A program made the translations under genes and the position numbers. The notes under the pieces were generated by a model, which had not been told where the DNA came from, made no database searches, and saw only the letters and a program-made list of their open reading frames with translations. Below are positions 38,801 to 64,000 of a stretch of DNA of 64,000 bases, piece after piece (the stretch's first letter is position 1; every line of letters starts with the position of its first letter). The DNA is from Flaccisagitta enflata (lineage: Eukaryota), in the NCBI GenBank assembly GCA_965153355.1, contig OZ231126.1, positions 18,600,001 through 18,664,000 of the forward strand, read 5' to 3'.

Positions 38801-39999
38801 GAGGGACGGACCGACAGACGGACCGATGGACCAACGGACCGATGAACCGACAAAGCGGGGTGTAGAGTTGCGTAGCACGCGACTAAAAATAACTAGAAAT
38901 TTTAACTATCAGCAGGTAAAAAATGATAAGAATTGCAGAAAAATGGGCAAAAACGGAAAACTGTTACTGAAGTCAATATATCAAGCTATTTAGCTAGCTC
39001 CTAGCCATGATATTGATAAAACCTAGCAAACTAAGTTAAGCTAGTGATCTGTAACAAAATAGTAATTATTTTATGAATCAAATAACTTACAGCCTCAACC
39101 GCTGATCAGAGAAAAACATGTAATTGGGAAAAAAATCGAAAAACGTTTTTCGATTTTTTGAGTTTCGCTTAAGAATTAATTTTTTCTATTGTTGCTTGAG
39201 GCATTTTGAGAAAGTTGGGTCACGACTAGACTCGCCCGAGGCTGGGGTTGAAATTGGTACAGGGTGAAAGAGGGCACTTTTTTACACCTTCTGGAAAAAA
39301 TCAGGGCACTGTCGGACCAATACTTTAGGCGCTGTGAATTTTTTAATCTTTTTTTATTTTTTCACATTTTCCGCATTTTTCTCAAAGATCTTTATTTTTC
39401 ATCAATCTCAATTTTGGGCCCTAAATAACAACAAAAATGAGTTCAGCAGAGGGCGGGAGGGAGAGGGAGGGAAGGAGAGGGAAGGAGAGAGAGGGAAGGA
39501 GAGGGAGGGAAGGAAAGGGAGAAAAGGAGGGACAGGATTTTTCATTGATCTAAAAAAAAATGAGTTCAGCAGAGGGCTGAGGGAGGGAGGGAAGGAGAAG
39601 GAGAGAAAGGGAGGGAGAGGGAGGGAAAGGGAGGGAGAAGGAGGGGAAAGGGAGGGAGGGGGAGGGAGAGGGAGGGGGAGGGAGGGGGAATGAGAGGAAG
39701 GGGGAGGGAAAGGGAAGGAAAGAAAGAGGGGGAGGGAGAGAGAAAGGGAAGGAGAGGGAGGGAGAGGGAAAGGGAGTGAGAGGGCGAGGGAGGGAAGGAG
39801 AAGGAGAGAAAGGGAGGGAGAGGGAGGGAAAGGGAGGGAAAGGGAGGGAGAAGGAGGGGGAGGGAGGGAGGGGGAGGGAGAGGGAAAAAGAGGGAGAGAG
39901 AGAGGGAGAGAGAGAGAGGGAAAGAGAGGGGGAGGGAAAGAGGGAGAGAAGGAGGGAGCAAAAGATGGAAACAGGGAATAACAGAGAAAGAGAGGGTGA

Positions 40000-40068
<69 letters not shown>

Positions 40069-43000
40069 AAACTTGTGAATAAAATGAGGAGAAAGAAAAG
40101 ACTGAAAAAAACAAAACAACTTTACGATTTTTTTCCAGTCGGCGAGATCTGCCTTTACAGTGCGGCGCATAAATAAGTAGCCAGTACTTCCAAAAGCTAA
40201 TTGTATCAGTTCTGGCACTTAAAAACACTTAAAATCTGAGATTTTTAAAGATCTTTGAAAGTTCTACAAATTTAGCCCAATCCCAGACTTATATCTTGAT
40301 TTGCAAGGAATTTATACAAGTTCAAAGAGGAGAAGTAATTTTGAAGAATCTATCACTGAACAACTACGGGCAAAAGACAAAATGGACTTAGTTTTTCTTT
40401 GATAGATCAAAAACAAATCATAATAAAGACTTCAAATCCATGGGTATTTTAAAGAGCTTCAAAAACTCAACAAATCTAGTCCAATCAGAGATATGTAGCT
40501 TGATTTGTTTTCAAATAACATCAGTTTAAAGAAAACAACTCAGTTTTCTTATTGTCAAAAAGGAGCTCATTTTTTGTCCCTTTTTCCCAATATGGTTTTG
40601 ATATGCTTCTATTAAAACTAACGTCGATTCTAAACGAAAAGAGCCACAACTTTGGGATTGGTCTCAAATTAAAGAAAATTGAAAATCCTTTAATATCATC
40701 ACTAATAAATTCATCCTAACATTTTTAGAATAAGCAAAATAGTCTTTACAAAAGTGGCTACTTATTTATGCGCCTCACTGTACTGGTATAAAGAATAAAC
40801 AAACTGACCTGTTTCTTGTGATCTTGTGAGATTCGCTTCTTGTCGTTTTTGGATGCGTTCTTCGTCGGATTGGGCACTTCCTTTTGTGCCTCCTTCATGG
40901 CTTCAACCTTAATGACTTTGCCACTCTCATCTCCAATGCTTGGCATAGTCCCAGCGGCAGAGGCGACAGCAGAAGATTGTGTATCAGTTTCTAGTTCCAC
41001 AATGGCACGGACGCCCGCTACGTCGACAGTGTCGTCGGTCTCGACAGCTGGTTTGGCTTCGACGACGTGATTGGTGGAAGGATGATGCGTGTCGGCTGGT
41101 GATGAAGCCACAACAGGGTTAAGAGCTGACGGTGATTTCGCTTTTCCTTGAGCCTTTGAAGCGGCGGCGATGGAAGCGTACGAAATATTTCGCGATTGAA
41201 AGACGGGATTAGCAAGGCAAGAAGAGTCGTTTAAAGCGTTGTTGACGACAGGCTGTGAGGGCGCGGAGACGACAGCGGAGGAGGAGGAGGAAGAGGAAGA
41301 GGGAACAACGGTGACGTCAGATTGAATTACAGCGACGGTTTCGTTTGATTCCGCAGGTTTTTTCGACTGAGAATCCGCACTTGGGGTTGGTTGCTTGTCA
41401 ACGGGTGTGAGGGAGGCGGCGGCGGCGGCGGCGCCGGATGTTGCAGTTGAAGCGTTGGTGATGTCGGGTTCCTGTTGCAAATTGCCGGTAGAATTACGAC
41501 GGCCCCCTATCGCAGATTTGGTACTATTGTGGTTACTATTTCCACTATTAACGGCTGAAGCTTCGGGCGAAGTGCGTGATAAAGCGGGGAAATGTGCGAG
41601 TCCGAGATCTGCAGTGGTTGATGCATGATGAGCGGTGTTGTCGGTAGGCGATGATGCTATGGCGCGATCGTTAACGAGTGAGTTACCGGATGCAAGCTGT
41701 GGCTGCTGCTGCTGATGATGATGACGAGTGACAGCTGAAACACCTTCGGTATTCTGTAGTTCTTTATGCGAGACGCCTGAATGCGAAGAATCTTCTCCCA
41801 TAGCATCTCTCGCCATTCCATGTTTCGATGAGAAAGCAGCATGATGGGCGTTTGTATTATAATTACTACTGGTAGTGACGGCAGACGCGTGGCTACCACG
41901 TTTGCTTTTCTTCCCAGTGACCTTGGTGAATTCCCCATCGGCGCTGGCGTTGACCTTATCAGCCGGTAAATCGTCCAAGTCGTAGTAAGTGTAAAAGTCT
42001 TCGGCGAAGCCCGAAATTTCGCCTACGGCGGATTCGTAACTCGACAGACTTTTATCACTACTAGACGCGGTTTTCATGGCGTCGGAAATCGGCGGCGTCG
42101 AAGAGGAAGAAGGCGTGCCGCCGGATGCGGGAGTGGTAGAGGATTTGGTGGCCAACTCTGAAGCAGATCCGCCAAAATGATGATGGCGCGACAGATTACC
42201 AACGTCGACGGTCTCGGATTTATTGTTATTGTTATTGTTAATATTGTTGTTGCCGGATTTTGAGGAGGAAGAGGAAGCGGGATCGTCAGTGGATGATGAT
42301 AAAACGGCTCCGCTGCTTCGGTTGCGACGATGTATGGGTTTATTGTTTTGATCCGATTGAGACGTTCGCGTTGATCTGGCGGAGGATGACGACGAAAGAT
42401 TCGCATCTACGTTTCCATCGCCACTTTCTCCACCACCGCCATCTTCCCTTCCTTCACTGCCACACTCGCCATTACCTTGCATTTCCTTAGTTTTGCGCGC
42501 TGGCTTTTCGGATCCCACAGCGATATTGATATTTTTACCACTCTCATCATCATGGCTGTGGATATCTGGCTGTTGTTTCATATCACCGTCGCCCCCTTTA
42601 TCACTTAGCGACGTCGTTCCTTCCGCGTTAGGCGCTTTTCCTTTGATTCTCCGATTTCGAGGCTGCTTTCCGGAAGTTCGTTTGTCCCCGCTGATCTCTT
42701 TCATTACTTGGTCTTCTTTTTGCTCTTGTTTGTCAGCGACCGTCGGTTTTATTACATCAACGCTAGAATCTGACGGAGGACAGGTCACTTCAGGGACACT
42801 GGACACGGCGGTATTGTCCTCAACGGTAGGAGGAGCAAATTTGGCTGGGAAAGAGCCAGTTCCCACCCTACCTCCGCCACTCTTATGAGCTCCAACTCCA
42901 CCACCTCCTCCAGACGGATTATTATTATTGATATTTTTGCCCGAATTTTTACCACCGCCGGAGATGAATTCTAAAAGACTGTCAACTTGCTCTTCGCCTC

Positions 43001-45506
43001 GGTATCCCGGTAATTTCTCTACGTCGATTGTCTTTTCATTTTTCTTCTCGCGATTCTTTTTGCTTCCTCTATTCTTCGACGACGAACCCGACATGGACAT
43101 CGAACTTCCGCCTTCGCCCAGCAAATGAGCCGACGAGAAGCCTTCGAACCCTTCGCCGACCATGCGCGAGGAGATGCGGTTGGGGGACGTGTTGGAAGAG
43201 TGGGAGATCATCGGGCCCATACCCAGATGGTGAAAGAGACCCGATGGGGCGCGATTTGTAGGATGAGAGGAAAATGATTTGACGTTATCGACGCTTCTGA
43301 TGACGTTGTTGCCATTACTACTACTTTCACTGATAGAAGGCGATGGACGCGTTGGCGACAGTTTCACCGGATTCCCATTTACGTCCTTGGGGCCAGCTTG
43401 TTCATCCGCGATGTTGAAATTGACGTTTGACGATCGTTTCTTCTTTTTCTTCTTTTTTGAGCCCGCGGTTTGAGATTCAACGTCGGCCGAGGTTGTTGTC
43501 GTCGTTAAGACCGAGTCTCCCATCGCCGTTGTCGCCATTTTATGAGCTATGGCCGCCACTGTTTGTGGAAGCGGCTTTTGGTCGCCGTTGGATCGTCGAT
43601 CCGATCGTAGTCCCGCGTTGAAGCTCAGCTCCTCATCCCGTTCACGTTGAAGACACGCAAAGTTGATTTTTCCATCGACGGCGGTGGATTCCGATGACGA
43701 AGACTTCTTCCTACGATTGCCGGACGAGGAAGAGGCGCGTTGTTGATCAGCGGCCTTCAGAGCGGCCGCTTCAGACAACCCGTCCGATAACTTCCAAGGC
43801 TGCTTTTCGTCGGTCGCCGATGGCGCGCTTTGCGCCATTTGAATCTTCCGTTCCGCTTCACGACAGTCAAGAAACATTTTATTAGTTTTGTCCGCGGAAG
43901 ATGGGGGAGACTTGGACCGTTGTTGGATTTGTTGCTGTTGTTTCTGCTGCAGTTGTTGATGATGATGTTGCGATCGTCGTTCGTTGCTAGTGGCGCGATG
44001 GCTGTTGGCGTCAGCCAAATTAGCGTCGTACATGGGATTTTTGTAGCCTTGAGACTTGTGTCTGCCAGACAGTTCGAGAAGCGTGGGTTTGGTAGGGGGC
44101 GGTTTCTCCACGACGACGGATTGTAACGGGACGTCCTCTCTGATGCTAAACTGCGGCACTTGGCTGCCGACGGAATAGGACGGTTCCATAGATACGGTGG
44201 AGGCTCTAGAATGCTGCGGAGTAGATGAATTAAACACGTCCGTTTTGCACCAAGTGGTCACGGTGTTGGTGTGTCTCGGATAACCCGGATTCTTCACGTC
44301 GACAGACTTGTTCCTTTTGTCTTTGTCCGACAACGATACAGAGGAAGGGGAAGATCCTTGCCCAGACCCGATTTTGCTTTTGGCGATTTGACCCGGCATC
44401 ACTTTGCTTTTGATCGTGTTTCCCAACAAGGCCACCATCACTTCCTCAGTCTTTTTATCCACTCGATTTCTTCCTCCTCCTCCTCCTCCTCCTCCGGAAG
44501 ACCCTCTCGAACCGGATTTGGCGTTGGAGGCGGAGGAAGACGTCGTTGTAGTCTTACTTCCGCCGCCATTTTGGAATGAGGTTCGCTCGTTGGCGGGTTC
44601 ATTAACTCCGCCATTGTTTATCACAGGCTGCAACGGTATAACTTCGTCATAAGGCAAATTTTCCACGCGGGTCGGAGCGAACTTGAGGGTCGGTTGGCCG
44701 GATCTTCCGACGGTGGCGGCGGAAGGATTTAGGCGGTTTGCACCGGCACCGCCGCCGCCACTTCCGATCGATTCGCCGACATCGTCTAAAGCGCCATAAG
44801 CGGCGCTCTTGCCAGAAGTGGCACGTCCGATCAGGCATTCATCGTCGCCATCTTCCACGCTCATGTCTTTCATCTCCACTTCGCGCATGTAAAGAGAATC
44901 GAGGCCGCTCTTCGCGCGGTCTCGGGATGAGGAAGGGTACTCTTGAAAATCTGTGAATTCCCTGGAAGGCACGGCGGCGGCATGGGAGGCGCAATGGTAG
45001 TCGACGTCTCCTCTCGGCGCAAACTTGTGATTATCCTTGTTCATAGTAGACGCTGCCGAGTGATCGATTTCGCGACTCGTGGAGGATGATGAAGAACCCT
45101 CTAATTGAAACGCGATTTTGGAATCTGGCGAGACGGTATCGTGTGCGGCTGCGTCGACGATGGACGATGGATGCGATAGGGATGCAGTCGACGCTCCGAC
45201 GTCGACGCGAGTTTCAAGGAAGGATCTGGTCGTTGGGGAGGCGGCCTCGTCATCGTTGTCGTCGCATATATCCTCGTCCGTAGTGGGCACCTCGATCGCC
45301 TCGTCGTGATGATCGTTTTCGACGACGTAGATTTCGCCCAAATGTGGAAGAGGTGGTACGTCGTCGACCTCCATCGCCTCTACCTCGGGAGAACCGCCGT
45401 CCGTGCGCTGCGAAAGGAGATCGTAGCTGCCGCAATGCTCATCCTCATCCTCCTCTGACAAGGCCGGATGATTACTTCCGCTTTCTCTCCTCGATGACGA
45501 TGCCAT
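32899..45506 (-). CDS. Uncharacterised ~2117-aa, largely disordered Ser/Asn/Gly-rich protein; 2 coding exons
   Basis: Exon 45506-40809 (1566 codons, ends CAG|GTCAGT) joins in phase 0 to exon 34554-32899 (acceptor cttttacatcattctccttag|GTT), reading ...SQDHKKQ|VEKPPSTS.... Two long stop-free frames with the same CG-rich codon style as dispatched. Possible 5'-UTR intron at 45833-45636. Confidence 0.85.
35998..37008. repeat. Interspersed element with internal degenerate tandem repeats (intronic)
   Basis: GTTGAGT(C/T)CTTCCATTTAGAGACT..ACCAAATTTCAACCAAATTGGTTGAAAAATG recurs 4-5 times. Terminal hairpin TTCGGAAT-gat-ATTCCG near 36980. Confidence 0.7.
37013..37625. mobile_element. Two tandem Helentron/DINE-like family-B elements
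   Basis: TTTTAAGTGCG-tcct-CGCACTTCTATAAGAGG hairpin start, (GGTC/GGTT)n, (ATTC)n, and GCGCACTTATTG..CTTGTTT end. Relatives at ~25185, ~29155 and ~31650-31900. Confidence 0.65.
39447..40066. repeat. Purine-rich low-complexity tract followed by (CA)n
   Basis: Seen directly; intronic. Confidence 0.9.
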
Positions 45507-46355
45507 TCGCGGATGCTTGTGGAACCCTGAGCAATATCGCGGCTTCCATCGACGTTCATCGAAGAAACGGCCACATGGTTATTGAAGGCGCGACGTAAAG
45601 GACATTCAAACGAGCGCCATAAAGCGCTAATCTACCTGGCAGATATGATGAGAGAAAAGCGAATGATAGATTAAGGCAGAGAATGTGGCAAAGGTTTTTT
45701 GTTTCATCCGAAGTGTACGGCGAGCAAGGACACGTGCATGCGCCGATGGGGAAATATGTGAAGAGGGCGTGTTGAATCTAAATGATGGATCGGTCTCGGT
45801 TATGGGAGATTCCGTTTCGACCACGCTAGTTACCAGAAAAGACAGAATAAGAGGACAGACGTCACGGACCAAATGAGCTGAATCATTGCCAGGGCGAGTG
45901 AACAAGAGCCTGACGAAAGTCAAAAGTACATAGCGTATGAATGCAATTGAGAAACGAACGACGGCGTTGCCAGGATCCTCTCCTTTCCAGTGACAGCAAA
46001 AGACGAAATGACGACCACGAGGGCGACGTTTTCTGGAAGGAGTAGCAAGCCGACGACGATAGCCTGGTGGAAAACGAGGAGTCATCGGAAAATTCAACGA
46101 CGAATATGACGACGTCGATGGCAACGATTAAATTTAAGACGAAGAAACAAAATAGCACCGGGATGAAAAAGACACTACAAACTGCCACCTACAGTCGAAT
46201 CCTGAAACAATGTTACTCCATTTTTGGATGTCAAGAAAAACACCGTTACCGCGCCCGTAAATGCACACCCTGCTGCCCTCTCCCGACTGTTTACGGCGTG
46301 ACTTGGAGATTTGACAGAAAAAAATGCCGGGGCTCAATATTTATTTCTTTTATGC

Positions 46356-47066
46356 ATGCATGCAGGCGATTGGATCGACGCCATTCCTTCACCGTCTCTC
46401 AACCTCCATTTGGACTCTCGTCCGTTTGCGGCAGTGATGGGGTATCGTCTCGGTCTTCCGCTCATGAAAGAACAAGATTGCAATTCGCCATCCTGCGACC
46501 ACTTTCAAGATCAATTTGGCGATCATGCTATGCACTGCCGTGACGACCATGGCATAAGAATCGGACGCCACGACAATATTCGCCTCAAAATCTTCAAAGA
46601 AGCTCAACGCGCTGTGCTCCATCCCACCGAAGAGATGCCTCGTCTCATCCCTGGCAGCCAATCCCGACCCGCAGACATTTTCATACCTGAGTGGATGGAT
46701 GGGAGGAAGATTGCTTTCGATGTGAGCGTCGTCTCTCCGACTCAAGAAGCACTCCTTTTCCGCGCCGCCGATAATTCGGCCGCCGCAATCGAATCACGGA
46801 AGACGTCCAAAAACAACGCCCACTTCGAGAACTGCAGAGCCGAGGGCATTCACTTTCAGCCGCTTGTCGTCGAAACGTTTGGTGGTTGGGACAAAGACGC
46901 CGTCGACTTTCTCAAGAAAATTGCGACTAAAGAAGCGCGCCGATGGGGGAAAGTCATTTCGATTGAAATCAAACATTTCTTCCAGCGCCTATCAGTCACG
47001 CTTCAAAGAGGCAACGCTGCCCTTCTAACTCAGCGCGATGACGAACATTTCGATGCTGGCCTTTAA
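46356..47066 (+). mobile_element. C-terminal part of a CRE-clade non-LTR retrotransposon ORF: zinc knuckle plus restriction-like (PD-D/ExK) endonuclease; intact 236-codon ORF with no RT domain
   Basis: HAGDWIDAIPS..L.L; YRLGLP; CNSPSC-x9-H-x3-C; RHDNI; E; SRPADI; AFDVSVVSP; KxxK; FQPLVVETFGGW; FFQRLSVTLQRGNA. Confidence 0.85.
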
Positions 47067-47263
47067 AAGAAACTTTCCTTTAATATCCGATGGATCCACG
47101 CTCGTAGTTCTTTTGCTCATAAATGTACTCATCGTTGTATATCTATATTTGAAATTTTTTGTGAAACCCTTCATTGCACAACATCGTTGAAATTTCATTT
47201 GTATATGTTGGTTTCCTTCTCTCTTTTTACAGAAAATTTTATGCTAAATATTTTTTTTTTCAG

Positions 47264-47622
47264 AATTTTCGAAAGTACGAAAACAAACTTCCTCTCGGCG
47301 TCGGCTTAGTCCCCCTCCCAATCACCACTTTCGGTCTATGGGAAGAAAACGCGGCGGCTAACCTCGTCGAAATTGTCAACGTTCAGTCCAACAACCTGCG
47401 TGGCAACAAAAAGAACAACAAGAGACACTTCTTCGAGCGCCTGTCTGTGACTCTACAACGTGAAAACGGCTCCATGTTACTTGAACGCAGTTTGCTTCCT
47501 GAGGCAAACGTAGATGGTGAACTCTAAATCGTTACCTCGCCTTCCATCCTCTGTGATTCGTCAAATGTGATTCCTATTTGTGCCTTCTATACATTCATAT
47601 ATTATCTTCTGTTATAAAAAAA
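47264..47622 (+). mobile_element. Second, shorter and divergent CRE-like endonuclease C-terminus with 3' UTR and short A-tail
   Basis: NFRKYE...GLVPLPITTFGLWEENA...HFFERLSVTLQRENGSMLL* (stop at 47527) aligns with the end of the upstream ORF. A7 at 47616-47622. Confidence 0.7.
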
Positions 47623-47848
47623 TCTACTGTTAATTTTTCATGCCTTCGCAATTTCATTACTACTGATTTTGTTTGCCATGCTCTCCCCTTTATTTTCAGA
47701 AAAAAAAAAAAGAATTTTCATCGCACTACAACGATGAATTTTTACTTAAGTTCGTGTTTCATCTCCCTTTTTACAGAAAAACAATTATTCGTAACCCGAT
47801 GTTTATCCGCGTTTTGCTCACCTTTCCATTAAATAACTTTTATTCTGA

Positions 47849-62938
<15,090 letters not shown>

Positions 62939-64000
62939 GTAAGAAAGTATTCTTGATTCATGTTTTAATTGACATGCACTAGCCCATGTACGTACTCATT
63001 GAGTGCGCGCACTAACTTCGTCATGACCCGAGCATGACACCCTAACCGACTTTGTTGAACATGCTTAATAGGGGTAATTTCAGAACAGTCCAACCAAATC
63101 ATAAAACCCTTATATCATGAATTTTGCGTATTTTTGGTTGGTCTCCCCTGAAGTTACCCAAAAGCAAACCAACAGATCATCAATTAGGAAATCGGGGCAC
63201 TGGATTTATCGATCCATCACTAATTCACTATGCATGCCTGCTATAAATTACGCCCACGAGTTTCAACTGGCACTGTCTATGAGCGTCTATCTGACTGACG
63301 ACTTGTGGTGAAAGAAAGTTGGCCGATTGGAAAATAGGAAGGCGATCGTCTCGTTTATTCCATAAAAATTTCAACAACTGAAGAGAGGGGGAAAAATGAA
63401 AGGGAAAGTGGGCGTTAATTGTGATCAGCAAACGCAAAAGATAACATGAAATCGAGATAGGACACAATAAAGGACAGAAACAGCACATGACGACATGTTC
63501 ATCTTCTTCAGAGCCCATGCCACCTGATAACACCTGCCCCTGCCCCGGCCCATCCCATTAAATTCATCCATATCATCCCTATAGCAAGCTGATCGGACAA
63601 GCGAAAAAAACCATACTAAAATCCGGCGATAAAAATGCAAAAGGGCAAAAGACAAAAATAACAGACCGGAAGACAAGATAAAACAACGTTAATAAAAGCA
63701 GAAACGCGTCTAAAACTTACTTTTAGGCCCACTTTCGTTGGTTTCAACCCACAGTCTGTCGATGTCAAATTAACGTTAATTGTCCGTTCATTAGTTTATC
63801 TGCAATAAAAAGATGAGAGATTATTGAAATTAGTGAATTTGCAAGGCGCATTCAAACGATCATAAAAATCAATCAATTACTTTAAGAAGCGATGCCATAA
63901 ATAAATAAAATCAATCAATCCAAAAATTGGATGATACGAAAGACAAGTTACGTATATTTGCCTACGTAGTAAAAACAAATGGCACAAAATCAAGGCGCAA

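Noticed and set aside
39334-40228. Pro/Ser/Leu-rich ORFs
   Set aside because: Polypurine tract and (CA)n inside an intron.
45627-46543. ORFs of 165, 101 and 158 aa between the divergent genes
   Set aside because: No recognisable motifs; more simply a CG-rich 5' UTR/promoter region. I found no RT-like sequence upstream of the endonuclease ORF.

Overview
Repeat-rich genomic DNA from an invertebrate animal (spliceosomal introns; species not identifiable from the sequence). I assembled five protein-coding genes by hand from splice signals and reading frame. (1) An intronless Dispatched (+, 9542-13339). (2) A 5-exon CD9/CD81-type tetraspanin (+, 19230-22392). (3) A 4-exon CHMP1B (-, 27140-23465) with a GC-AG intron and an N-terminal MGAGPS extension. 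(4) A 2-exon, ~2117-aa, mostly disordered protein of unknown family (-, 45506-32899). (5) Abi/Abl-interactor (+, from 47894), which runs off the window before its SH3 domain. Between the divergent genes 4 and 5 lie two tandem, mutually divergent C-terminal fragments of CRE-clade non-LTR retrotransposons (zinc knuckle plus restriction-like endonuclease); the first is an intact 236-codon ORF. The first ~8-9.5 kb is a large inverted duplication whose spacer holds a degenerate DDE transposase relic. The rest is dense with Helentron/DINE-like short elements (two of which contain a 1.7-kb minisatellite and a 4.4-kb C-free purine satellite) and with MITEs, one family of which carries RFX X-box-like motifs. 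All family assignments come from recalled motifs, not database searches.
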